Assembly (NCBI GenBank): GCA_965116925.1
Contig: OZ220744.1
Coordinates: 6,272,001-6,336,000 of the forward strand
Source: Candidatus Poribacteria bacterium
GTDB lineage: Bacteria > Poribacteria > WGA-4E > PCPOR2b
Direction of reading: 5' to 3'
DNA length: 64,000 nucleotides
Position 1 is the first letter of the stretch, and the number at the start of each line of letters is the position of its first letter. The notes beneath the pieces were generated by a model. That model did no database searches. It saw only the letters and a list, made by a program, of their open reading frames with translations, and had not been told where the DNA came from. Positions 31,687 to 44,000 of the stretch are shown in pieces. Both the position numbers and the translations under genes were made by a program.

Positions 31687-32166
31687 ATGAAAGTCGTAAT
31701 CAGCCTATTCCTACTTCTACTGATAACCCCTGCGTTTGGCCAACTGACGAAGGAGGATATGCGCGCCATCATCAAAGAAGAGGTCCCCCCTATTGTCAAA
31801 GCGGAGATTGCCGCGTCGGAAAAACGGCTGAAGGAGTATATCGATCTCAAAATTGAGACGGTAAACGCCAGAATTGATGCTGTAGAGAAAAGTCTGAATG
31901 CCAGAATTGAGACGGTAAACACTAGAATTGATGTGTTAGAGAAAAGCATAGATGGTAAATTTGATGTCTTAGATACGAGGATGGATGATGTGGATAGCAG
32001 ATTTAATCGTATTTGGCTTGCCATCATCGCGCTGATAACCGCCGCCATTGCACTCCCCCAATTGATTATCATTTATGCGGAAAGGAAACGTGGGCGGGAG
32101 ATCCAGATGCTACTTGAACAATTGCGTGAAAAGACCGAAGGTCCGGAAACCGGGGCGAACCAATGA
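31687..32166 (+). CDS. Signal peptide + coiled-coil stalk + TM anchor protein (cassette 2)
   Basis: PAFG/QLTKEDMR, ASEKRLKEYIDLKI, TM IWLAIIALITAAIALPQLIII. Confidence 0.85.
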   Translation: MKVVISLFLLLLITPAFGQLTKEDMRAIIKEEVPPIVKAEIAASEKRLKEYIDLKIETVNARIDAVEKSLNARIETVNTRIDVLEKSIDGKFDVLDTRMDDVDSRFNRIWLAIIALITAAIALPQLIIIYAERKRGREIQMLLEQLREKTEGPETGANQ

Positions 32167-32771
32167 ACCGCCCCCCTACGGACATCATTGGTGTTGGGTT
32201 TCGCTGTGGCTCAACCCAACCTACGAAAATACCCCGTTTTCTCGCCTCCCCGCTGCCTCCCGTTTCGCTCCCCAGATGTCGCCCCGCTGGGGCTTGGGAG
32301 GATGGGGTATGTCGCCGTTCTATAAACATATCGCCCCGCAGGGGCTAAATCCTCGCCTCCTTGCTTCGTCGTTTTCCCGCGAATCTTATCTGCGTAATCC
32401 TTTAATCCGTGTTAATCGGCGATTCAGACATATTGGCAGATGGTGCTCCGCTGGAGCACGGAGATTTGGTCCTATCGCCCTCTATAGACATTACGCTCCG
32501 CTGGAGCGGGGTCAATTCCCGTCCTCGCGCAAGGGGTTGGGTGACCCAACCCCTACGGATTGAATCTCCTCGCTTCCTCGCTTCCTCCCGTTTTCCCGTC
32601 CCACATGTCGCCCCGCAGGGGCTTGGGAGGATGGGGTATGTCGCCCATCTATAAACATACCGCCCCGCTGGGGCTAAAAGCGTCCCCTTCCCCCGCTTCT
32701 TCCCGTTTTCCCGTCTTCCCGTCTTCCCCTCCCCGCCTTCCCGTTTTCCCCGCCCGTCGCCTGATTCAAAC

Positions 32772-33182
32772 TAGGGTCATTTAATTCTCCCCTATTATTG
32801 TCTGAATTATGGATAGACGCGGATTAACCGATTAGAAAGATAAAAGATGCTATCGACAGTTGGCGTAAGAACGCGCAATGAATTGCGCTACTACAAACGG
32901 TGGGGAGACCAGATGCCTCGCCTACGGGTTTGGGTCAGCCCGAACGGTCAAAAAATGGAAAACTAAATAGCCCTACCGTAGGGTCATTTAATTCTCCCCT
33001 ATTATTGTCTGAATTATGGATAGACGCGGATTAACAGATTAGAAAGATAAAAGATGCTATCGACAGTTGGCGTAAGAACGCGCAATGAATTGCGCTACTA
33101 CAAACGGTGGGGAGACCAGATGCCTCGCCTACGGGTTTGGGTCAGCCCGAACGGTCAAAAAATGGAAAACTAAATAGCCCTA
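32772..33182. mobile_element. Tandem dimer of a 204-bp MITE (family E) with 9-bp TSD
   Basis: Copies 32772-32975 and 32979-33182 (1 mismatch seen); ends TAGGGTCATTTAATT / AACTAAATAGCCCTA; GATTCAAAC on both flanks; internal CTAC-ended hairpins. Confidence 0.8.
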
Positions 33183-33200
33183 GATTCAAACAAAAAAGCC

Positions 33201-33229
33201 TTGCGAAATCACTGCAACCGTGATAACCT
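33201..33229 (+). promoter_or_regulatory. Sigma70-type promoter of cassette gene 3
   Basis: TTGCGA-17 bp-TAACCT, with the same ACCGTGA pre-10 context as the other cassettes. Confidence 0.5.
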
Positions 33230-33258
33230 ATAGAACCAAGAAAGGTAGGTGGGCCAAA

Positions 33259-33645
33259 ATGGATTTCGGTTCATGGTCTCCGTCACATACGATATTGGCG
33301 CTATTCATCGTCGCCGGTTTCATTGGGCAGGTGGCGGTCTTGTTCTATCGCGTGGGACAAACTGAGAAACGCTTGGCACGTAGTGAAGAGCGTGCCGAAA
33401 AGCGGGATGCGGAATTGCTCGCGCTGATCGATAAGCGAATTGGTGAAGTCAATCAGCGATTCGGTGAAGTCAATCAGCGAATTGACGGTTTGCGGTCTGA
33501 GATGAATCAGCGAATTGACGGCTTACGTACCGAGATGAATCAACGGTTATCCGATATGAACGCTGAAATCGCTGAAGTGCGCACGGAAATGCGGCAACTC
33601 AACCAGAACCATATCGATCATCTTAACAGGCATGATCAAGCGTGA
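33259..33645 (+). CDS. N-terminal TM + coiled-coil protein ending LNQNHIDHL (cassette 3)
   Basis: WSPSH-TM, NQRIDGLRSEM repeats; paralog at 57494. Confidence 0.8.
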   Translation: MDFGSWSPSHTILALFIVAGFIGQVAVLFYRVGQTEKRLARSEERAEKRDAELLALIDKRIGEVNQRFGEVNQRIDGLRSEMNQRIDGLRTEMNQRLSDMNAEIAEVRTEMRQLNQNHIDHLNRHDQA

Positions 33646-33843
33646 AAGTCTATAAACATCTCGCTATCTATAGACATGTTGCTCCGCTGGAGCGGGGTCA
33701 ATTCCGATCCTCTCGCAAAACGGGTTGGGGGACCCAACCCCTACGGATTGAATCTCCTCGCCTCCGCGCCTCCCTCGTCCCCTCTGCGTCCTCAGCGTCT
33801 CTGCGGTGTGCTTCTCTCGTTCCACGTTTCTCGCAAAAATGTC

Positions 33844-33872
33844 TTGCCAACCCGACCCAACCGTAATACTAT
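33844..33872 (+). promoter_or_regulatory. Sigma70-type promoter of cassette gene 4
   Basis: TTGCCA-17 bp-TACTAT, near-identical to 31624. Confidence 0.65.
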
Positions 33873-33906
33873 ATTAGACCATTCCCCTCAAAGGAGCCGG
33901 TCCGCC

Positions 33907-34320
33907 ATGAAAACCGTAACAACGCTATGCTTACTCCTCTTCCTAACTACCCCCGCATTTGCCCAACTGACGAAGGAGGATATACGCACCATCGTCAAAG
34001 AAGAGGTCACCGCGTCCGAAAAACGTACGCGGGAATATATCGATCTCAAAATTGATGGTGTGGAGAAAAGCCTGAATACCAGAATTAACGAATTAGATAA
34101 GAGCCTGAATGCGAGAATTAACGATATACGAATCATAATGATTGCGCTGATTGGACTCATCACCGCCGCCATTGCCATCCCTCAAATCGTTGCCGCCTAC
34201 AGAGACAGGGGTCAGAAAGAGATGGAAAGAGGTCAGAAGGCGATGCAATCCCAAATTGACCAGCTGCGCGAGCAAATTGAAGCAATGAACCAATCAATCA
34301 ATGAGCTAATGCATCAATGA
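33907..34320 (+). CDS. Signal peptide + coiled-coil stalk + TM anchor protein (cassette 4)
   Basis: AAGGAG RBS; PAFA/QLTKEDIR, ASEKRTREYIDLKI, TM, QIDQLREQIEAM. Confidence 0.85.
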   Translation: MKTVTTLCLLLFLTTPAFAQLTKEDIRTIVKEEVTASEKRTREYIDLKIDGVEKSLNTRINELDKSLNARINDIRIIMIALIGLITAAIAIPQIVAAYRDRGQKEMERGQKAMQSQIDQLREQIEAMNQSINELMHQ

Positions 34321-35376
34321 ATCTTCACACATCACGTATTACGTCGCACCTGTCGCCCCGCTGGAGCGGGGTCAATTCCGATCCTCCGGCAAAACGGGTT
34401 GGGGGACCCAACCCCTACGGATTGAATCCCTCTCGTTTTCTGTTTTTCTCACGCCTCACGTATCACTCCGGCACATGGTGCTCCGCTGGAGCACAATGCT
34501 CTGCCCCTCGCCTTCTATAGATATGTCGCTCCGCTGGAGCGGGGTCAATTCCTATCCTCGCGCAAGGGGTTGGGTGACCCAACCCCTACGGATTCATTCT
34601 CTACCCGCTTGGCAGTCGGGGCAAGATGCCCCTCCCACAGATGATGTGGCTGTCTTTCACGCATCACGTTTCACGCTGCCTTATCCGTGTTAATCTGTGA
34701 TTCAGACAATTAACACATGGTGCTCCGCTGGAGCACAATGTTCTGCCCCTTGCCTTCTATAGACATTACGCTCCGCTGGAGCGAAAAGCAATTCCTCCGG
34801 CAAAACGGGTTGGGTGACCCAACCCCTACGGATTGAATCTCTACCCGCTTGGCAGTCGGGGCAAGATGCCCCTCCCACAGATGATGTGGCTGTCTTTCAC
34901 GTATCACGTTTCACGCTGCCTTATCCGTGTAATCCTTTAATCCGTGTAAATCCGCGATTCAGACAATTAACACATGGTGCTCCGCTGGAGCACAATGCTC
35001 TGCCCTTCGCCTTCTATAGACATTACGCTCCTCTGGAGCGAAAAGCAATTCCTCCGGCAAAACGGGTTGGGTGACCCAACCCCTACGGATTGAATTTCCT
35101 CGCTTCCTCCCGTTTTCCCGTCCCACATGTCGCCCCGCTGGGGCTTTGGTTGGTAAGGTATGTCGCCCATCTATAAACATACCGCCCCGCTGGGGCTAAA
35201 AGTGTCCCGCTTCCCCCGCTAGCACATGGCACTCCGCTGGAGTGCGGTATTTTGCCTTATCGCCCGGCTATAGACATTACGCCCTTCTATAAACATTGCG
35301 CCCCTCTGGGGCTAAACGCCTCCTCGCCTCCTTGCCCCCTCGCTTCCTCGCTCCCTCGTTTTCCCGCAAAAATGGC

Positions 35377-35405
35377 TTGCCAAACCGACCCAATCGTGAT
35401 ACCAT
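35377..35405 (+). promoter_or_regulatory. Sigma70-type promoter of cassette gene 5
   Basis: TTGCCA-17 bp-TACCAT with extended TG. Confidence 0.6.
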
Positions 35406-35439
35406 ATCAGACCATTCCCCTCAAAGGAGCCGGTCCACC

Positions 35440-35838
35440 ATGAAAACCGTAACAACGCTATGCTTACTCCTCTTTCTAACTCCCCCCGCATTTGCCCAAC
35501 TGACGAAGGAGGATATACGCACCATCTTCAAAGAAGAGAACGCCGCGTCCGAAAAACGGCTGAAGGAGTATATCGATCTGAAAGTTGAAGCAATAAATGC
35601 CAGATTTGATGCGACAAATGGCAGAATTGATTCCCTAGACAAAAACCTGAATGGCAGAATGGACGATATACTGACCATAATGATCGCCCTGATTGCGTTG
35701 GTAACCGCTGCGATTGCCGTACCTCAAATCATCATTGCTTTCAAGGAAAAAGGTCAGAAAGAGATGGAAAGAAGTCAAAAGGAGATGCAATCCCAAATTG
35801 ACCAGCTCCGCAAAGCGCTTGAAGCGATGCAGCAATGA
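35440..35838 (+). CDS. Signal peptide + coiled-coil stalk + TM anchor protein (cassette 5)
   Basis: N-terminus near-identical to cassette 4; ASEKRLKEYIDLKV; TM IMIALIALVTAAIAVPQIII. Confidence 0.85.
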   Translation: MKTVTTLCLLLFLTPPAFAQLTKEDIRTIFKEENAASEKRLKEYIDLKVEAINARFDATNGRIDSLDKNLNGRMDDILTIMIALIALVTAAIAVPQIIIAFKEKGQKEMERSQKEMQSQIDQLRKALEAMQQ

Positions 35839-36444
35839 GATACCTCTACAACTCACAATCTAACAGATCGGGGTACAAAAGCCTCCTTTTATTGAAGCGG
35901 TGATTGAAACGGATTTACTGTAGTTGCCCGATTCATCGGGCGTCTGTTCCGAGACTAGGGTTAGGATTTGACCTGACAGTGCCCTGCCAAATCCCTGCCA
36001 TTTGGCACGGTTATGGTGCCATTTCAGTCAAAAACGGTTCATAAACAGGGCGTATATGTCAGGTCAAAACGCCGTTTGGGCGCACCTTTTCTTACGTGGT
36101 AAAAATCTACAAACGCTCTGAAGCTAGGGCCCATCGGGGTTCAGAGAGACATCGGCTAATGATGCCCCCCCGATGTGAGGTTAAATTTTTTTTTGGACCT
36201 GCCAGTGCCCTGCCAAATTGCCGAATCGTGCCGGTGAATCATTGAAACGGAGGTGTAGCAAATTGTAGGTCGAGATTCACATCTTGACAAACCGCTAAAA
36301 CCCCTGTAGGTCGAGATTCACATCTCGACGGAAGATCGTCGATTTTGGAAAATCGCCCTACAATCCCTTAATCCTCTTAATCCGCGATTCAGACAATTAA
36401 CGCATCCCGCTCCCCGGAGCCAAATGCACCCAATCAAAAAGATC

Positions 36445-36473
36445 TTGATAAATCAACCACACCGTGATAACAT
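36445..36473 (+). promoter_or_regulatory. Sigma70-type promoter of cassette gene 6
   Basis: TTGATA-17 bp-TAACAT, near-identical to 30498. Confidence 0.6.
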
Positions 36474-36506
36474 ATACCATCATTCCTCCAAAGGAGTCAG
36501 TCAACC

Positions 36507-36857
36507 ATGAGAATCATAGCAATCCTATCCCTACTCCTCTTGGCATCTCCTGCATTTGGCGAACTGACCAAAGAAGATATACGAATCATTGTCAGAGAAG
36601 AAATCGCCGCGTCCGAGAAGCGCACAAGGGAATATATGGACCTCAAAATTGATGCGACAAATGCCAGAATTGATGCGTTGAATAAAAGTTTTGATCGCGC
36701 ATGGGTCTTGATACTTGCGCTGATTGGACTAATAACAGCCGCAATTGCAATCCCTCAAATCATCATTGCGTTCAAAGAACGGGGTCAGAAGGAGATGCAA
36801 CTCCAAATTGACCAACTCCGCGAACAAATCGAAGCCATGCAAACGCCTCCATCATAA
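36507..36857 (+). CDS. Signal peptide + coiled-coil stalk + TM anchor protein (cassette 6)
   Basis: PAFG/ELTKEDIR, ASEKRTREYMDLKI, TM, QIDQLREQIEAM. Confidence 0.85.
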   Translation: MRIIAILSLLLLASPAFGELTKEDIRIIVREEIAASEKRTREYMDLKIDATNARIDALNKSFDRAWVLILALIGLITAAIAIPQIIIAFKERGQKEMQLQIDQLREQIEAMQTPPS

Positions 36858-37777
36858 TTGCAACTGCACTCCCATCGGGTTGGGAGAGTCACCCTCTACG
36901 GACGTTGGTGTTGGGTTTCGCTGTGGCTCTACCCCACCTACGAAACCGCTCCCGTTTTCTGTTTTTTTTGCGTCCTTGCGTTAAATACTGTATCACGCAT
37001 CACGTTTCACGCTGCCTTATCCGTGTTAATCCGCGATTCAGACAATTAACACATGGTGCTCCGCTGGAGCACAATGCTCTGCCCTTCGCCTTCTATAGAT
37101 ATGTCGCTCCGCTGGAGCGGGGTCAATTCCGATCCTCCGGCAAAACGGGTTGGGGGACCCAACCCCTACGGATTGAATCTCCTCGCTTCCTCCCGTTTTC
37201 CCGTCCTACATGTCGCCCCGCTGGGGCTTGGGTTGTTAGGGTATGTCGCCCATCTATAAACATATCGCCCCGCTGGGGCTAAAAGCGTCCCGTTTTCCAG
37301 TTTCCTATCCTATAAATCCTTGAATCCTGAAAATCCTGATTCAGACAATTATCCGCGTAATCCTTTAATCCGTGTAAATCCGCGATTCAGACAGATTGGC
37401 ACATGGTGCTCCGCTGGAGCACAATGCTTTGCCCCTCGCCCTCTATAGACATTGCGCTCCGCTGGAGCGAAAAGCAATTCCTCGCGCAACGGGTTGGGGG
37501 ACCCACCCCCTACGGACATCCTCTCGCAACGGGTTGGGGGACCCAACCCCTACGGATTGAATCTCCTCGCCTCCCCGTCTTCCCGTTTTCCCGTCTTCCC
37601 GTCCTCCCGTCTTCCCGCCCCCTCGCCTATTACTTTATTGAAAAAAACCTGAAACCGACCCGCCGTCCGCATCGTAGTATCTTCAGCATAATCGCTAGAG
37701 ATCTATCCGTAGCTTCCGTTTTTTTATGTGCAAATCCCAAATCCGGCGATTCGTGTGAATTTTTTCACAAAAAAGGC

Positions 37778-37806
37778 TTGACAGATATTTGGATCTGTTG
37801 TATTAT
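37778..37806 (+). promoter_or_regulatory. Near-consensus sigma70 promoter upstream of the giant exported protein
   Basis: TTGACA-17 bp-TATTAT. Confidence 0.7.
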
Positions 37807-38033
37807 AGGGCGTCTTTAACTGATATGAGGGGAAATTACGTCAACAGTTTCGTGGTTCGCCGGGCGGCGAACCCCCTACCGACCGACCCAATTTCCACAG
37901 CTCCACTCCCAACGAAAGGATTCTTACTTTTATGATAGAACAAACAGACGCATCGAAAAGTGACGAGCGTCATGTTAAATATAGATGTAACACAAACCTT
38001 TTAACCCAAAAAAAGACAGGAGGAAAACATATA

Positions 38034-41000
38034 ATGGGTAACCAAGGTATGACAAATTGGAAATTAACCGCGCTTTTTGCCATTGCTTTAATGGTGATTG
38101 CGGGGATGTTCAGTAACGCGGCTATGGCACAAGCCGGTGCCGGAACGATTACGGTGACTGATGTTGCAGCGGATGGCACCGGCTCCATTCCTGGTGGCGC
38201 GAAGAACCACCAAATTAGTTTCACCTATACGCTCCCTGCAGCTAGTAGAGTCAGTCTGTCCGAGGGGGCGGTTCAAATTGAACTCCCGTCTGGGTGGTCG
38301 GTGGTAGGTGCTGCGGGTCTCTCTCTTCCCGAAGTTAGCGTAGGTACTGCCCGGTTCGTCGGCACTAGGAAGGTGGTGGTCACACTCCCTACATACACTG
38401 CTGATGATACTGATGCGACTACTGATGTGGAGGTGACAATCAGCTTTGGGGTAAACGCGCCTGCGACGCGTGGTTCTCACGACTTCAAAATTTCGTCCAA
38501 AAGGAGAACCGGCAGCTACAAACTATTAACAGCATTAGATCCGGATGGAATCATCAAAGTTAGGGTCGGTGCTAGGGATACAATTACTGTGGAAAGTGAT
38601 GAGACTGGTACTACTGGAAAGGCTTTCGCGGATGATGAGGTTGCGCTGACATTTACTTATACCGCTGATTCAGCGGCGGCAACAACCGTTAAAATTACGT
38701 TCCCATCGAGTTGGACCATTCCTTCTGATTTTTCACAGACGGACGTAACACGGAGTGGTCAGGTATTGGAATTTGCTTCCACTGTTACTCTCAGCGCGAT
38801 AACGGTAACGTCCCCGAAGGTTGCTGGCAAATATGAGTTCACAACGATGTCTAAGGCGGCGGGCGGAGAGTTTACCAAGTTGGAAGTTCAACCATCTATC
38901 GTGGTTGGCAATGTTGCGTCTGGCAAAGGAACGGTTGAGATCACGCCGGCGAATCCGGTCATAGGGGATACGGATGTAGTATTTACAGTTACCTATACCG
39001 CCGCAGGTCGGATGGTCACAGACGATGAAGGCCAAGCGGGTCTTCGGATTACATTTCCTTTTAACCTAGCCAACGATCAGATCGCCTCGGTGTCCGGCGG
39101 GGGCGCGAAGTTAGTTGCGGACGACGCTACCAATGCGACTGTCGACATCACGATTGCGCGTCTCAACAGTGGGGGGAAGGTCGTTCTTAAGACAAAGATG
39201 ATTGACATTCCTAGTACTGCTGCCGCTATTGCTTTGGAACCTACTAGTGCTGCCGAGACTGACAGGAAAAGTGGTTTTGGGGCGGTAGCGCAGACTTCTC
39301 TTACTCCAATCCCTGATGATGGTAGTGATCGCACTGCTCTAGACTACAGTGCTGGTGCTCTGTCTAATGCGGACTTGGGCGACGCGAAAGCGCAGATAAC
39401 GGGCGGATTGCTTCAGCCTGCAGAGGGTTCAGGAACGCTAAAAGCGGAGCCTGCGGTTTTGGAGAAGGGTCGGACGGGGCAGTCAATCAAGCTGACTTAT
39501 ACCGCAACGAGAAACGATCCCGGGGACTCAATAACGATTACGCTTCCTACGGGAGTTGCAAACATAAAGAAGGCTACGTCTGGGACTTCGGGTGTTACGC
39601 CTACCCATGCTGATGGCGGCGCGACGATTGTTTGGCCGGTGAGTAATCTTGTCAGAGGGAAGACGTTGATAGCTAATGTAAAGATGGATATACCGGACTC
39701 AACTGACGATTTGGTATTTTCATTTTCAACCACCAGGGGCGGAACTCCTACGGACGCCCCCGATTCATCTCAAGCTAAAATCACAATTGTGGGCAAAGCT
39801 GAGGATTTTGAGTTCGCAATAGTAGATTTAAGTACCGGTAACCCGATTGATGGCATGTTTCATGCCGCAAGTAAGCAGGAGATTGGGTTCAGGATTACTG
39901 CTGCGAATAGTACCATCCAGGAGGATGGCTTCATTAGAATTACAGTCCCTTCCCTCTGGTCTGGAGCTAGCACCGGGAATCGGGTGGCTCAGGTGAAAAT
40001 CTCTGATTTGACCGAGAAGGCTATCCGTGATGCCCTGCCAGCGAGGGCGCTCAGCGCATCTGGACGCACAATCACCGTTAAGATCGACGATGGCACGACG
40101 AAATATAGTTTGGCAAAAGGTAGTTCTATCACGGTTCAATACGGTGTGAAGGTTGACGATGCAAAAGATTATAGAGCTCTGATGCCAAATCAAGCCGGCA
40201 AGATGGTGGTTACGGCGAAAGTTAAAGCGTATAAGAGCTACAGCGAACACACTCTGGATTCAATAGAGGCAGAGATTACAAATGTTATGGACGGTTCCGG
40301 TGAGGCGACGATAAGGCCGACTACCGTCAGGGCAGGCACAGATGATAACAGGATTGAGGTGAAGTTTACGGCACAGGGATCGATGGGCGGCGGTGCGGTG
40401 CGCCTGACAATCCCCAGCGGTTGGGGCGAAATGCAAAACAGTGATGCTGCAGCCCTTAACCACGTTGCGGTGCGCTCACCTGTTAGGGGCGTTGAGCTCA
40501 ATGCTGATAGCTTCGTTGATGGTGTAGCCCTAATAAATCTGCCGGGTGGTCCGGACGATGACAATCCGAATCCGAATGCCTTTAGGAGAGGAAGCTACTT
40601 CACATTGATTTATGGCGGCGCGCCTGGAAACAAAGGTGCTGAAGCCCAAGACACTATCGGCGTTGCCGATTTCATAATTGAATCAATTGGTGATAGCAAT
40701 GGTACTTTTACTAATCTCACGAGCGATGTCAAAAGGCCAAGCGGCGACACTAAAGGTCTAGGGCGAATTTACAAAGAGGCTGCCGGTAAACTTAGGATTG
40801 ATGTGAAGAGTGGAGCGGACGGCAGCGGCACCGCGAAAGTTGAGATTGCTGGTACTTCAGCGGGTAAGATGCGATACGAAGGTGGTGACGAAAAGTATCA
40901 GGTCCATGCCGCTGATGATGTCTATCTCAAGTTTACGTACACCGCAAGTCAGGCGATAAAAATGGGACAGTTGAGACTCACTATTCCTACTGCTGATGGG

Positions 41001-44000
41001 TGGACTTCGCCGCAAGATCTCTCTACAGGCAGAATGGGTTATACCCGTATTGATGCGCCATCGGGTGCTACTGAACTGCCTGTAATGGCAAACAGCACTG
41101 TAACGGTGGATATTGTTGATCTCGCTCCCGATGAAGAGATTGTGATTCATTACGGATCGATGGGTAGCGGTATGGTCATGGCACCTCGTGATACCGGTCC
41201 GAGCCAATTCCATATTGCGATTAAGGGAACTGAGGAAGGAAGTCTCATAACCCTTGATGACCCGTTAGTAATAAACGTCAGGTCTCAAGCAAGTGGCGCA
41301 GGCACCGCTGCAATCCATGTTACGGGCGGTGACCTACATGCCGGTGATACGGATCGCGAGCTCCGAATCGTTTACACCGCTGCCGGTCAAATGCGGGGTG
41401 GTGAGGTTAAACTGACTATCCCCAAAGCATGGTCGGATCCAGAGGGTACGGTTGATACAGGGCATAACCTTGAGGTCACTCCAGCGGGAGCCCACGAGGA
41501 GGTCGTGTTTGATGCGGACACCGATGGCAACCACACTGTCGTTGCTAAAGATGTCGATTTGGCAGCCGGTGGTTCACTCACCTTCGTTTATAGTAATGTG
41601 GTGGTGCCGTCAGCAGAGTCAACTGTTGTACAGTACCAGTTTGAAGTTGCCGTCTTTGGTGGAGAACAGCCCTTTGATGGTGAGGATGGCACGATGGAAA
41701 TCGCTGATATGACCGATCTAGTCGTTGAGGTCGGACAGGCGAAAGCCGGTAGTGGTATGGTTATGGTATCTCCAACCGCCGTTGATGCGGATGGTGACGA
41801 AGTAACGCTGACCTTTACCTATACTGCGGCTGGAGATATTTTCTATCCTAGGGGACTCATGGTCGAAGTGCCTACAAGTTGGGAAGAACCCACAAGTGGA
41901 TCAGGTGCCTCTGACGAGGGTCGTTACGAAGTTAAACACATGCGCGGCACCACCGATGAGGGCGGTGTGATAGAACGTCCACCGGAGGGTCGGAAAATGG
42001 TCGCTCGCGTTACACAGGGTAAGTCGGTGAAGGCGGGCGATAAGATTATGTTCGTCTATCATGCTGACCCGCCCGTGAGCCCTGAAGTTTCCATGTTCAA
42101 GGTCTACTTTGATGGCGCAATGGTTGGAGATCCCGTTGAGGTGCTTGTCCAACCCGCTGGAGGAGCAACCCAGATAGCACTTAAAGACGTAGCCAACCTT
42201 TCAGCAGATGAGGACCCGCAGATGCCTGTTATGGTCACTGTGGAACTTCAAGCTACTGACGGTAATCCGGCTACAGCTGAGACTGCTGTTGAAGTGATGC
42301 TGGACGACGGTGCCAGTACGGGTATGTTCTCCATGACCGCCGATGGTGAGTATAGTGACACTGCGACGATAAACATCGCCGTCGGTATGTGGTCAGGGAT
42401 GGCGTACTACAAGAATTCAACGCTTGGTCCCCACACCATCACAGCGAGTGCGACTGGCTATGACAGTAAGATGACAACCGTTATGGTTTCCACCGATGAG
42501 CCAGGACTTACTCGTGTCACCTTTACGGTTGCCGATAGTGACGGTGTCGTAAAGACTGGTGACGCAAGCAATGCCGCGATGGAGAACGATATGGTAACCG
42601 TCACCGCAATGGCTAACCGCGATCAAACGGCGACCGTTATGATAGGGTCTCTCATGGCTCAGCGTGGGAATATGGAGGAGTCAACCCCCGGCACCTACAC
42701 CCGTGAGCATCCAGTGGCTGCAGGCAGTGCGGAAGGTTCGCATACGATCACCGTCTATATCGGAGGCGAAATGATGAGCGCGACCGATATGCTAATCGTT
42801 GATGATACCGATCCAACTGTAACCGTATCAGATATTGAGGGTCCTGTCGCAAATGGGGCTGAAGTGATGATCTCTGCTACGGTTAGTGACGCAAAAATGG
42901 ATTCATCAGGTGATCCCATAACAGTTTCAGGTGTCTCCTCTTCCTCTGTTATGGCAAATGTCTCCATGCTGGATAATCAAGCCACAGAGATGGTTAGATT
43001 GACCGATGATGATGGCGATGGTACATATATGGGTGCGCATACCATCAGCATGGAAAATACAGTGGCAAACGGAATGCATACAATCACCGTTACCGCGATG
43101 GACAACGCTGGCAACAGCGGAGAGGGTTCTACAACCGTTGAGTTGGAGAACGCTACGTCCTTCACATCGACGATATCGTCAGGCGTCAGTCTGTTCCACG
43201 TACCGTTAAATGATCCGAGGTTCGACACTATCGGTCAGCTTCGTGCGGAGATTGGAGACGCCAAGGTTAATTCCATTGTCGCCTATGATGCAGCAGGTAG
43301 ATTGGAACCCTCTAGCGATAATATAGCGATCGAGGGCGGTCGTGGTATCATCGTTTCACTAAACACCGAAGCTACAGTCACCTTTGAGGGTGAGGCGTGG
43401 GGCACTGATGGCACCGCCACGGTTTCCCTTGAGGCAGGAGATTCGAACCTCATCGGTTTGCCTCTCATGAATGACGACGTGAGCATGGTCAGCGATATCC
43501 TCGGTCTACACGCTGCTATTGAAGGGGTCTATCCTAACCTGACAGACTTCGTTGCAGCAGCCGGTGATACAGGCGATGGTCCTGTCGCAGGCGATGCCGC
43601 ATATTATGTGGTAGCAAGTAGGGATGCTGATGTTACCGTCACAGGTAGTGGTTGGAGCAACGACCCAGGGGCGGGCACAGCACCAATCGCGCTCTCTGGA
43701 TATACGGTGGAAAGCCAGACACCAGTGCTGTCTGTCTTCGGTTCCGTCGTTGACGAGACCACCGGCGTTGCAAAGGAAGGTTTCCGTGTCAAGGTCAAGA
43801 ACCTGACAACGAAGGCTTCCGTCAGCGAGGTTACTTCCGTTGAAACAGAAGACGGATACAGTGTGACCCTGCTTGACCTAGCGAACGCCAACGCAGCACG
43901 CGTCGGTGATGTGCTTGAGATTTCCGCTGATTCGCCGAATCCGATGATTGGTGTCGAGGCGGTACGTCATATCGTCACAGTGGATGATGTGAAGAACAGC

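Larger units (their letters stand above)
16746..37469 (+). repeat. Dispersed class-B REP-like family CTATA(G/A)ACAT.TCGC(T/C)CC(T/G)CTGG(A/G)GC (span = first to last copy)
   Basis: Copies near 16746, 21256, 21330, 23890-23950 (reversed), 24651, 24720, 24908, 26943, 31209, 31371, 32481, 33668, 34515, 34755, 35013, 35171, 37093, 37443. Confidence 0.9.

Noticed and set aside
35891..36251. ATTGAAAC/ATTGAAGC motifs resembling CRISPR repeat ends
   Set aside because: Only short motifs at irregular spacing; no full-length repeats
30558..36857. Classical integron cassette array
   Set aside because: No tyrosine-recombinase integrase in the window, no convincing attC (RYYYAAC...GTTRRRY) sites seen, and the genes carry their own promoters
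24707..37819. Many 60-160 aa ORFs with repeated peptides (GLGDPTPTD, RHVAPLER, VGGPNPY)
   Set aside because: Translations of REP mosaics, without RBS or protein-like features
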